Shown here: positions 30,331 through 39,220 of the stretch, in pieces | Layout of the letters: each line of letters begins with the position of its first letter | Numbering within the stretch: the first letter of the stretch is position 1 | Assembly: GCA_963723235.1 (NCBI GenBank) | Contig: CAVRPV010000011.1 | Location: 129,177 to 193,176 of the forward strand | Source: an uncultured delta proteobacterium | GTDB taxonomy: Bacteria > Desulfobacterota > WTBG01 > CAIYCZ01 > CAIRTM01 | Length of the DNA stretch: 64,000 nucleotides | Direction of reading: 5' to 3' | Program-made: the position numbers and the translations under genes | The notes under the pieces: generated by a model | What the model saw: only the letters and a program-made list of their open reading frames with translations | What the model was told of the DNA's origin: nothing | Databases searched by the model: none

Positions 30331-31267
30331 TTAGAGATCAAACAGCGCGCCCTTGATGAGCTTCGGGATCACCGGCGTTACCACCAAGTTGTATGTTCCA
30401 CATCTGGCCGAAGTCGTCCGGCCGTATGGGCATGTACTGCGCTGCAAGGCCGAGCTTAACCGGCAGCCTGCCGAACTTGACGACCTTATTGACCGCAACT
30501 CCAACGGGCACGGTCCAGCGGTTGTCCTTCTCCTCCTCCCAGTTTGCAAGTATGTTGCCAGAATACCCCACGCTCCAACCGTCTTTTAAAAACCACGCGG
30601 CAATGGGCTGCAAGTTCATCTGGTTCGTGTGATCGCGGTCTTTGTCGCCGGCAAATGACGACCAGTTTTGGACGAAAGCTCCGAGTATCCATTTTTCTGA
30701 AAGATAGCCTGCCACTGCCGCCGGACCCGCTTGCCACTTTTCCTGACCCGTGTATTTCGATGTGGCCGTGGGAAGAATAAACGTGGGCCCGACGCCGAGC
30801 AGCCAATGGCCGACAAGGCTGGGGCCGGGAGAAAACATTTCAGCTACAATGGTATCGCCAAAGGCCGTTGTGCGCCGATAGTCCACATTGGGCTTCGAGC
30901 CCCCGTTTTTTTCGGACACGTGCGGATAGGGCGTGGAGTTGAAAAGCTGAAATACGGGCCGTGTTATGAGATTCCAGTCTTTGGTGAGCGCTACGGGCAT
31001 CACGGGCTGAAACTGCAAATTTGACTGCCAGCGGCCGGGATGGCTAAGGTGATAATTGTTCTGCTGAATCACCAGGGACCAGATAGTGCTCACCGGGTTG
31101 GCGAGCTCCTTGTTGAGTTCAGTTGCTGACTTGCCCTGGTTTTCATCCTCTGCCGCCGGGACGACTGCCTCAGGCTTGACCTCGGCATCCCCTGCGATGC
31201 CTGCAGTTGGAGCAAGAACAAGAAACAGTACGGTCGTGATCAACAATAATTTGATCAAAATTTTCAT
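30331..31267 (-). CDS. outer-membrane beta-barrel protein (MetA-pathway/'transporter' family-like; one frame interruption near the 3' end)
   Basis: ORF 30338..31267 has a signal peptide. Shifting frame gives the C-terminus ...MWNIQLVVTPVIPKLIKGALFDL* (ORF 30331..30549). Confidence 0.6.
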
Positions 31268-31537
31268 TATGCAGTACCTTTTTCCCGGCTAAGAGTTGTA
31301 TTTGATAGCATATTGACAACGTCAGCCGCAGCGAATTCAACAGACTAGGGTTTTAAATCAAACACCTTGAGTTTCCTGGCCGCCGTACCGAACTGCCCGA
31401 GCTGATAAACGGCAGCGCCAGCCGGCGAGAAGGTGAAGTTCTCGAACGGTTCGGCAAGCTGCATGTCACTCAGATGCTGCATTTCACAATTGACGGGAGC
31501 GGCCCCGGAGAATTTCCCGGAGCCGCCCGCCGAATGT

Positions 31538-33215
31538 TTATTGTCCCGGAAGGCCCAGGTTGAAGCCGTCTTTCCCAAGCTGTTCGCGGAGCCACTGAAA
31601 CTTCTGGTATTTGGAGATTTCGACCGGACCGTCGTAGCCCATGCTCTGGAGCTTGCGCGGAGGGTACTGCGCATAAGTCTTCATCAGCCCCATGATTGCC
31701 TCGGTAATGGGGATCATGGTCCAGGTCCGCTCCGTCCAGTTGGTCATAAAAAGGTCATACCGTTCCTGAGGGTCCTGCAAAAGGTCGAATATCTGGGGAA
31801 TGGTGGCAACATATTTTTCCGCGCCCTTCCAGCCGAGATTGGTGTCCACGGCAAGACCTCCGGTCGGTTGCCCATTATCGCCGCGCAGGTTGAACACGGC
31901 TTTGTAGTTGCCGACACGGGCTGCGCCGGGGGAAAGCTCGTTCTCAGTGAAGTAGAACCATGAACTGCGTGCCGACTTGCCGGTGCCAAAGAGAACCGGT
32001 GACATGTCATAGCTGTCAAAAATAATGGGCTGCCCCTCGCGGTCCTTCTCCGGAAGCTTGATTCCTGCGAGCGAAGCAAAGGTAGCCATGTAATCCAGTC
32101 CGCCCAAGATGTCGTGATTCTTTGAACCGGCCTTGATCTTCGGCCCCCAGGCAATAGCGGGAACGCGGTTGCCGCCTTCACGCACCGTGCCTTTGGTACC
32201 CCGGAACGGCGTGTAGCCGGCATCCGGGTAAACGTCCTGCCAGGCACCGTTGTCCGTGGTCCAGAAAATATACGTGTTCTTGTCGAGGCCCAGCTGACGA
32301 ACCTTATCGACCACTCTGCCGATCCGCGTGTCGTTCTCTACGAGGGAATCAGCGTACTTGCTCTTGGAGATCGATTTATGCTTGAACTCAGGAGCGGGCA
32401 TGTTCGGCTGATGCACCTTCATAAAGTTGATGCTCATGAAGAACGGCTTGTCGGATTTTGCCGCCTTGTCGAGATAGTCAAGAGCCGCCTTCTCGATGTA
32501 CTGGTCGATGAACGGAATCCCGACCACACCCTTCTCGGGAGTGTTGACATACTGGCCGTTGATTTTGAATTCTGTAATCGCCTTCTCGCCTGCTTTTCCG
32601 GAGAGGGCACCCTTGGTCACTTTGTCAAACATCTCTCGCAGCTTTGGATCCATTTCGGGGAACCAGGTCGGGTCGCCATAGGTATAGGCATTAAGGTGAT
32701 AGAGCCCGCAATATTTCATCTCGTCATAGCCCTGATTTATGGGCAGAGCATAATCGGCCTCGCCCAGGTGCCATTTGCCGGTGAAGAAAGTCTGGTAGCC
32801 GCCGGTCTTTAGCACCGATGCCAGGGTCCACTCCGCGGCCGGCAGCCCGCCGCCCTGGCCCTGAAAGGCCACGGTGGTCATGCCGCTGCGGTTGGGGATG
32901 CGGCCGGTCTGCACCGCTGCGCGGCCCGGCGTGCAGCTCGGCTGCGCATAGAACGAGAAGAAGGTCATGCCCTTCGCTGCCAATTTGTCGAGGCTGGGCG
33001 TGGGCATGCCGCGGCCCTCGCCGCCGCCATAGGGCCCCGCAGTCTCCGTAACCGAAGTCATCGGACAAGATCAGGATGATATTGGGTTTGCTCCCCTGCT
33101 TGGGAGCATCAGCGGCCTGCGCCGGCGCTGCCGCAGCGCTCACAGTGAACCCTGCCAGCACGCACCCGACTGCCGCCCACTTGCGGGCCTTTCTCTTTAG
33201 ATCTTCTTTTCTCAT
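31538..33215 (-). CDS. sulfatase S4, ~555 aa, Cys-type (CxPxR), secreted (one frame interruption near 33050)
   Basis: ORF 31538..33061 (YAQPSCTPGRAAVQTGRIPNRSGMTTV, GKWHLGE) joins N-terminal [58 protein letters not shown] from ORF 32724..33401. ATG at 33215. Confidence 0.9.
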
Positions 33216-33308
33216 CACATTGACCTCCCTGTCTGTGTTGCACGGTTCCCGGCAAGAACATGGATAAGCAGCCTTTCCGCCTCTCATGTCTTCCCGGTGT
33301 TTCTGTTG
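33216..33308 (-). promoter_or_regulatory. conserved 5' leader shared with sulfatase S3
   Basis: See 22230-22322. The imperfect palindrome TTCCCGGCAAGAACATG...CATGTCTTCCCGG spans 33247-33297. Confidence 0.4.
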
Positions 33309-33357
33309 CGCCACCATCGTTACCACATAATTTTGTTTGATCAATTCTTGGAATGCA

Positions 33358-33673
33358 TCACTGCGGGCACTGGGCCTTGATCTCGGCGATCTTTTTGTCA
33401 ATCGCCCTGTTATATTCGCCGGTAGCCACTTTAAATTTATCTACCTCTGTGCAGCGTGACGATGCCGATAACCGCACCGGCAGGCACCACTGCGGTTACC
33501 CCTTCTGCTATCATTTTTCCGACACTGGCTTTTTCAGACTGCAGCACCCGCAAATCACCTTCCGCGGTTGCGCAGTTGACGGGCTTTGCCAGGTCCTGCT
33601 TGTCCTGTTTGGTTATGGGCGCGCAGGCAGACATAAGGGTTAACACCATGATTGTCAGTAGAATTTTTTTCAT
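33358..33673 (-). CDS. small lipoprotein (one frame interruption)
   Basis: MKKILLTIMVLTLMSAC (lipobox). After a shift near 33440 it continues ...TEVDKFKVATGEYNRAIDKKIAEIKAQCPQ*. Confidence 0.5.
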
Positions 33674-33743
33674 TGCTTGTCCTCCCTTTTTTTAATTGTT
33701 GGTATGCGCAGACGTTGTTGCCTGCCAGCTCCGGCTGTTTCCA

Positions 33744-34451
33744 CTAGTAATCGGCATCATCCTGATCAACAACAAAGCCACTACCATCACCTCTACCACT
33801 ACCGTCATCACCATCATTATTATCATTATCATCATCATTCAAGTCATCATCATTGTCGTCATCGCCATCGCCATCAACATACACGACAGTTCCGTCATCC
33901 CCTCTGCGATACATCCGCCGGGCTTCACCGTCATATGAGTGCGGCGTCATCGGCCTGCCGATGCTGTCTATAAACAGGGTACAGGGGCCGCCGCTTGCTA
34001 TCATTTTTCCATGCAGCACCTTGATGTCATAGGTCAGCACGTCGCCCTTGAGCACCGGGTTGCGCAATTCCACGACCATATCGTGAGTTTTATTTTGACT
34101 GAAAACCGACAGGACGGCATTGGGCGGGTCGGCGGCAAAGCTGTCTTCACCCTGCGACCACTTCGGTATGGCATGGGCGGTTAGAATATGGCCGACGATA
34201 CGATCCGGGCGATCGGAAAAGAAAATCGTGTTCGGGCCCACTCCTTTCAGGATCATTTGATTGTCTTTGAGCTCTACGCTTTGGGCAGTCTGCACAAAAA
34301 GCAGATTAACTTTTTTGGGAGCAGCGCTTGCAGCATCTGCCGCAGGTACGGCAGCAGCGCTATCGACGGGTTTGGTTTCTCTGGTTATGCACGTGCAGCC
34401 AGCCATGAAAGCCACTGCCGTCACAAATAGGACTATTCCTTTCATGCGCAT
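33744..34451 (-). CDS. secreted/lipoprotein of unknown function with a ~45-aa Asp/Asn-rich C-terminal tail
   Basis: Intact 235-aa ORF. Lipobox FMAGC. Core LLFVQTAQSVELKDNQMILKGVGPNTIFFSDRPDRIVGHI. Tail DGDGDDDNDDDLNDDDNDNNDGDDGSGRGDGSGFVVDQDDADY. Confidence 0.7.
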   Translation of the reverse strand: MRMKGIVLFVTAVAFMAGCTCITRETKPVDSAAAVPAADAASAAPKKVNLLFVQTAQSVELKDNQMILKGVGPNTIFFSDRPDRIVGHILTAHAIPKWSQGEDSFAADPPNAVLSVFSQNKTHDMVVELRNPVLKGDVLTYDIKVLHGKMIASGGPCTLFIDSIGRPMTPHSYDGEARRMYRRGDDGTVVYVDGDGDDDNDDDLNDDDNDNNDGDDGSGRGDGSGFVVDQDDADY

Positions 34452-34496
34452 CTCAAGCCTCCTGTATTATTTTTGTAGCGTTAAATATTGTGGTAA

Positions 34497-34612
34497 GCAG
34501 CCACGGCCCGCATTGGCCATGCCCATGTCAAGGATGGCGCCCTTATGCAGCCAGAACCCGCCTGCAAAAGCTTGCCCACCTCCTAAAATGATAAAGCCGG
34601 GCAGTATATGAG
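34497..34612 (-). pseudogene. N-terminal remnant of a FadL-family gene
   Basis: The minus-strand peptide ..AFAGGFWLHKGAILDMGMANAGRG matches HAFAGGLWMYEGAIPDMGMANAGRA of 28878..30143. DNA similarity to 30005-30110 is visible. No downstream continuation. Confidence 0.6.
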
Positions 34613-34736
34613 TATTTGATAATAGTTCGTTTTGTTTCTGGTGCGACTATAGGACTACCGCTGATACGTGTCAATAATAAATAATGATTGCTGAAAAGAC
34701 AGTACATTCGTCCGGCAAAACGGGTGATAAAGCAAC

Positions 34737-34773
34737 AGCCGGACTTATCCCTCCAGGCGGGATTTAGTCCGGC
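34737..34773. repeat. single REP hairpin (inverted orientation)
   Basis: GCCGGACTTATCCCTCCAGGCGGGATTTAGTCCGGCC. Confidence 0.7.
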
Positions 34774-34866
34774 CTTTCAAGCGGTACAGCGCTCATGCCC
34801 GGACAAGGGTGAAGGAGGCTTTTTGCGTTTGGGCACCGTGCGGTATTTTTTATGCGGTATTTTTTA

Positions 34867-34895
34867 TTGACATGCGCGTGCCTACTGCCTATAGT
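34867..34895 (+). promoter_or_regulatory. sigma70-like promoter for the 34966 gene
   Basis: TTGACA (34867-34872), a 17-nt spacer, then TATAGT (34890-34895). It lies about 70 nt upstream of the ATG. Confidence 0.5.
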
Positions 34896-34965
34896 TGTCA
34901 CATATTCAAGCAATGATATTTTGAAAAGAAGCACATAACCAATAATACTGATGGAGGTACATGCT

Positions 34966-35406
34966 ATGAAAAAACGCAGTTCTATCATCACAGCCGTACT
35001 GGTTTCCCTGCTTTTCATTGCAGCATCCGTGTCAGCGCAGGATGCCATAGATCTGCAGAAAGAGGGCAAACAGCTTATGGAAGCCAGTCAGTACCTGATT
35101 GACCAGGGCCAGATAATGGAGAAGTGCGCCTGTACGGATAAGGCAGCGATGATCGCTCAGGGTAATGCGATGGTTCTAAAAGGCAATGATGTTGTCGCCA
35201 GCGCCTCGATGATGATGACAGCTAATGGCCGTAGCGGAAATGGGGAAGTCGGCGAAAAGATCAGGTCAGCCGGCAACCTGCTGATTGCCAAAGGTAAAAA
35301 GGCCGGGCCCCTGACGGCAAAAGACAAAGAAGAAGTCAACAAGCTCGGCAAAGAAATGGCCGAACTTGGCAACCTGAAGTTGCATCAGGCCGAAATTATG
35401 CAGTAA
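34966..35406 (+). CDS. small secreted helical protein, unknown function
   Basis: MKKRSSIITAVLVSLLFIAASVSAQD signal peptide. 146 aa. Followed by a strong terminator. Confidence 0.65.
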   Translation: MKKRSSIITAVLVSLLFIAASVSAQDAIDLQKEGKQLMEASQYLIDQGQIMEKCACTDKAAMIAQGNAMVLKGNDVVASASMMMTANGRSGNGEVGEKIRSAGNLLIAKGKKAGPLTAKDKEEVNKLGKEMAELGNLKLHQAEIMQ

Positions 35407-35435
35407 TAAGAGGCATTCAAAAACAGCGGTAATGA

Positions 35436-35470
35436 GCAGGCGAGGTTGCAAAACCCCGCCTGCTTTTTTT
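35436..35470 (+). terminator. rho-independent terminator
   Basis: GCAGGCG-aggttgcaaaacc-CGCCTGC followed by T7. Confidence 0.7.
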
Positions 35471-35557
35471 ATGTGGAGGCCTGCTTGTTTACAAGTCTTC
35501 ATTATACCCCGAGGAATTCTTCAACCCTTTATTATACTTAATGGCGGAATCATCGCC
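35462..35557. repeat. ~96-bp repeat 'X', copy 1
   Basis: tttttttatgtggaggcctgcttgtttacaagtcttcattataccccgaggaattcttcaaccctttattatacttaatggcggaatcatcgcca. Nearly identical to 39122-39220. Confidence 0.8.
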
Positions 35558-35692
35558 AAAATCTTCGCCTTCCCCGAAAAGATGAAGCAGGTGCTGGCAA
35601 AAATACCGGGTATGCCCACATCGATCATGCGCGCTTTCGGCATGGTCGCGGCCGGACTTATTCTGGTGTATATTTCGCGCCGGCTGCTGTAG
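35471..35692 (+). CDS. chimeric ORF: repeat X fused to the C-terminal two-thirds of a DUF2065-like protein
   Basis: The ATG at 35471 lies inside repeat X. The C-terminal FAFPEKMKQVLAKIPGMPTSIMRAFGMVAAGLILVYISRRLL* matches the 3468 gene. Whether it is expressed is unknown. Confidence 0.35.
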   Translation: MWRPACLQVFIIPRGILQPFIILNGGIIAKIFAFPEKMKQVLAKIPGMPTSIMRAFGMVAAGLILVYISRRLL

Positions 35693-35974
35693 GCATGCCC
35701 TCCTGAGCGCCGGACGTGCATGGTCCATTCGTTTTATAAAAAAGCCTGAAGCGCTGAATGAGCAGCTTTCAGGCTTTTTTATGGTTTTTTTTCTGAAACC
35801 GTTGTAAGCAGGAGACGGACAGTTCGTTTGCCTGTGCCATGTTCGCGAAGATGCGCGCTATGGCGGATATGAATTCTGATGCTCGAACCGCGCGCGCTGC
35901 ATGTGCCTGGCAGCGTTGCTTTTTGCACGCTTGCAGCAATGAGGAAAATGTTCTCAAACTGGAGAAGATTCGAC

Positions 35975-36868
35975 ATGATCCGTTTTATTGTATGTGTTGT
36001 TGTCTGCCTGGCGGCTTGTGCAGCTCAGGCGCAAGAGCCGATTGCAGCAGTTACTGTGAGTCCGGAACAAAGTATTGTAAAAGATGCTGTCTGGAACAGA
36101 CCGCTTGCTATCTCCTCCAGGCAGGACGCTGCTGCCTGTTTCAGTGCTGAGGCGATGAATGCGCTTGTCAGTCAGGTTGATTTTGAAAAGCAGTTCCTGC
36201 TGGTATTTGCATGGCAAGGCTCAGGCGGCGACAGGCTGAGCTACACCGTGGCCGAGTCGTTCCCGGAGCAGATTTTCTTTTCCATGAAGCGCGGACTGAC
36301 ACGTGATCTGCGGCCGCATATGCACGTGTATGCGCTGCGTTCAAACGTGCGCTGGAGCATACAGGACGAGGGCAATACCGGACAGGCAACGCCCGCTGCA
36401 GAGCCGCAGAAATTCTTTGAACCCGGCAGCATGGCATGGATGCAGGCGGTCGACCGCAGGGCCGGCGGATGCGGCCCGGACATCGGTTCGGCTGCGTGGA
36501 TGCAGGCCGTGGCACTTAAGCTTGGCGTGTATGATGGACAGGGGCATGGCCCGGACCCGGGCTCAGAGGAATGGCTGTATGCGATTCACCGCAATGCCTT
36601 CGGCAGCGAACCGGAAACCCGCGTGCGTGCTGTGTACATATCGGCTGATGGTAAAAAACTGCCTGTGATCTATGATCGTCTCAGGAAAATCGTGACGCTG
36701 GCGACACCTGATGGCGAGATAACACTGCCGCAGGCAGTTTCGGCTTCAGGGGCGCGCTACACAGCTGATGAACATGAGGTGTTCTGGAATAAAGGTGCAA
36801 ACGCCAGCTACTGGAAGAACGGCACATTGCTCTTTGAAGGCGTTGAGATGTCCGGGCTGGGTGATTGA
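35975..36868 (+). CDS. lipoprotein with C-terminal MliC-like (lysozyme-inhibitor fold) domain
   Basis: ATG at 35975 follows a GGAGAAG RBS. Lipobox VVVCLAAC. C-terminal VYISADGKKLPVIYDR...LPQAVSASGARYTADEHEVFWNKGANASYWKNG resembles MliC. Three GSxxW(M/L)xA(V/I) repeats lie mid-protein. Confidence 0.6.
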   Translation: MIRFIVCVVVCLAACAAQAQEPIAAVTVSPEQSIVKDAVWNRPLAISSRQDAAACFSAEAMNALVSQVDFEKQFLLVFAWQGSGGDRLSYTVAESFPEQIFFSMKRGLTRDLRPHMHVYALRSNVRWSIQDEGNTGQATPAAEPQKFFEPGSMAWMQAVDRRAGGCGPDIGSAAWMQAVALKLGVYDGQGHGPDPGSEEWLYAIHRNAFGSEPETRVRAVYISADGKKLPVIYDRLRKIVTLATPDGEITLPQAVSASGARYTADEHEVFWNKGANASYWKNGTLLFEGVEMSGLGD

Positions 36869-36910
36869 GGCATGCTGAATTATAAAAAGAACCGGAAGCA
36901 GGCCGCCTGC

Positions 36911-37828
36911 TCACCAGAACGAATTGATTCCTATGGCAAAGCTGTCTGAATCAGACCCGGTAGATTCCTGAGTGCGGGTGCCGATGTAGGATATTTTGAC
37001 ACCCAGGTAACGATGGAGGGGGAAGCCGAAGCTGAGGGCCCAGATCAGGTTCTGCTTGCGATCATCTTTTGTATCTCCATCCACCGTTGATATCCCCCCA
37101 TAGTCATAACCGCCGCTGGCGCCTGCCCAGAGCCCCGGTCTGAAGGTGTACATGAGATGGCTGTGAACAGTATAGAGGGGTTCCTGCTCTAGTTTTCTAC
37201 CGTTAAAAAAATCATTGTTATCGGTGTAGAGCGCAACGAATGCAGTTGTTTCCAACGACCATTTCCCGCGGGTGTGTACTACGCCAACCTGAGGGCGGAA
37301 GGTAAACCGGTTGGTTCCGAGGTTGATCAGTTTATCATCCATATAGTCGCCGGTCGGCAACTGTATCGACAGGCCTGCTCCAACGATGGTTTCAATTTTT
37401 GTGCCTGCCCGGTATGCCGCGTATTGCTTGCCTTCGAGCGGTGGTGCGCCGTAGAGGTTGACCGCGAATCGCAAAACGGTATCAGACCAGCCGCTTCGGC
37501 TGGTTTTTGCAGAAACCCCGTCAAGCTTTCCGTACCAGCGCCCCTTCTGATATGCCTGTAAAAGGTCAAGCCGTGCTGTTTTGTCGAACAAAGCGAAGGT
37601 GCGGATGTACTTCGCAGCCCAGGTATCCAGCTCCATTGTGACATCTTCGAGTTTGATGACAGGGTCAAAGCCAATGTCCGCATCGGTATAGGCATATGCG
37701 ATTCCGAAAAAGTTCGTATTGATCGGCAGATGGCTCCAGCGCCTTGGTTCTAATTCATCAGCCGGGCAGGGACAGGTGAAGAGTAAAAAAAACGGAATAA
37801 ACAGGCAGAAACGGAAGACACGTTTCAT
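36911..37828 (-). CDS. outer-membrane beta-barrel protein (MetA-pathway/'transporter' family-like)
   Basis: ATG at 37828. Signal peptide MKRVFRFCLFIPFFLLFTCPCPA. Alternating beta-strand pattern and C-terminal ..IGINSFW. Confidence 0.7.
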   Translation of the reverse strand: MKRVFRFCLFIPFFLLFTCPCPADELEPRRWSHLPINTNFFGIAYAYTDADIGFDPVIKLEDVTMELDTWAAKYIRTFALFDKTARLDLLQAYQKGRWYGKLDGVSAKTSRSGWSDTVLRFAVNLYGAPPLEGKQYAAYRAGTKIETIVGAGLSIQLPTGDYMDDKLINLGTNRFTFRPQVGVVHTRGKWSLETTAFVALYTDNNDFFNGRKLEQEPLYTVHSHLMYTFRPGLWAGASGGYDYGGISTVDGDTKDDRKQNLIWALSFGFPLHRYLGVKISYIGTRTQESTGSDSDSFAIGINSFW

Positions 37829-38197
37829 GCAATGCCTATGAAAAACCAAGCGATAATCTCCCTGGAGACACCGTCGTATAGCGTATTTTAAAAAAGACAT
37901 AACCGTTTTTAATGTGTCTGTCATCTCGACCAACGAAAGAGAGCTGGATGTTTTGTGTAAACAAGAACCCGGATTCCTCAGTCGCACTGCTCCTTCGGAA
38001 TGACAACTGATTACAATATGTAGAAAAATGCTGCGGCCTGTTTCAATGCACCTATACAGCCGCTTGTTCAGAGCTGTGGAATATTGTTACATAATCTCGT
38101 CGTGAATAAATGGCATACAGAAACACAACATGGCATCTGCGAATTTTTCGAAGGTGCCATGTCTGTATCGGATAGATAAATATTTTTTCAGCGTTCC

Positions 38198-38893
38198 TTA
38201 CTTCGCCCGCAGTTCGGCAAGGCGCTCCTGCATCCGTTCAGCCCAGTAATCGACGGCATTTTCCACCGTATGCCATTTGTTGAACTTGTCGAATTCTCCG
38301 GTCACTTTGCCGCCCACCCGGCGGTCAACCGCCGCTGCCAGGCGCTTGCCCGTCAGGCTGTCCTGCATCTCAACTTCTATCCCGGCTGAGCCGACAAAGG
38401 AGCACGATCCGGTGGCCAGTGTCTGAATGCCTGCAATCGCAAGGCCGATGGGCAGGATGGTCGAGACGGTATCAAGCACCACATAGGAGCTGTCTGCTTC
38501 GGTAATCGCTATGCGCAGGCGCATGACGCCGGGGCCGGGCTGCTGCACGAACACATAATCTTTCGCAAGTTTTTCACGGACTGCCGCATCCGCATAGTTC
38601 AGGAGTTTGCGCTGATCTTCGGAGGAAACATCCATCATCTGGCTGTTTTCTTTGGAAGCGTACATCCTGATCGGGTCCATGAGGATTTTGTTATAGGCTT
38701 TTATATCGGCTTTCGGGTCGATGTACACGAGCAGGGCCTGATCCTCGCCGCCTTTTTTGAGCTGCGAATAATCGCCCAGAAATCCCGTTGTCTCCGTGCT
38801 GCGGGCCTGCATCGATGCGCAGGCGCCGGCTATGCATACAACAGCCAGCAGCGTAACCATTGCTGCCGATTTTGCTCCATAATTTTTCATCAT
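38198..38893 (-). CDS. DUF3313-like lipoprotein
   Basis: Intact 231-aa ORF. Lipobox IAGAC followed by TGFLGDYSQLKKG, characteristic of DUF3313 (by recollection). Confidence 0.7.
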   Translation of the reverse strand: MMKNYGAKSAAMVTLLAVVCIAGACASMQARSTETTGFLGDYSQLKKGGEDQALLVYIDPKADIKAYNKILMDPIRMYASKENSQMMDVSSEDQRKLLNYADAAVREKLAKDYVFVQQPGPGVMRLRIAITEADSSYVVLDTVSTILPIGLAIAGIQTLATGSCSFVGSAGIEVEMQDSLTGKRLAAAVDRRVGGKVTGEFDKFNKWHTVENAVDYWAERMQERLAELRAK

Positions 38894-39121
38894 TAAGCCT
38901 TTCCATGGTTCGGGTTGAGGGCACGCTCTGCCCCAATGGGTATACTATACAATGGGCTGTATCGGAAATCAAATAAAGTTCCAGTGATGTGCTTGAGCAG
39001 AATCGGATGGTTGAAAAAACACATGGAGGCAGGAGCATATCGTCGCCCGTCTCCATAAAGAATTGCATGGCTTGTAGATGATTATGTATGTGTATAGCGC
39101 ATGGTTCTCATGACATGCGGC

Positions 39122-39220
39122 TGCTTTTTTTTATTTGGAGGCCTGCTTGTTTACAAGTCTTCGTTATACCCCGAGGAATTCTTCAACCCTTTATTATACT
39201 TAATGGCGGAATCATCGCCA
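39122..39220. repeat. ~96-bp repeat 'X', copy 2
   Basis: See 35462-35557. This copy overlaps the 3' end of ORF 39183..39680. Confidence 0.8.

Noticed and set aside
31345-31537. A small minus-strand ORF downstream of sulfatase S4 (..MQHLSDMQLAEPFENFTFSPAGAAVYQLGQFGTAARKLKVFDLKP*) and a nearby GC hairpin.
   Set aside because: It has no RBS, no family resemblance and no second copy. It could be real, but the sequence alone does not support a call.
33677-33973. His/Tyr-rich ORF (..HHYHHLYHYRHHHHYYHYHHH..) and Ile/Thr-rich ORF on the plus strand.
   Set aside because: They are antisense shadows of the GAT/GAC/AAT-rich tract encoding the Asp/Asn tail of the minus-strand gene 33744..34451. That gene has a signal peptide, a lipobox and a paralog.
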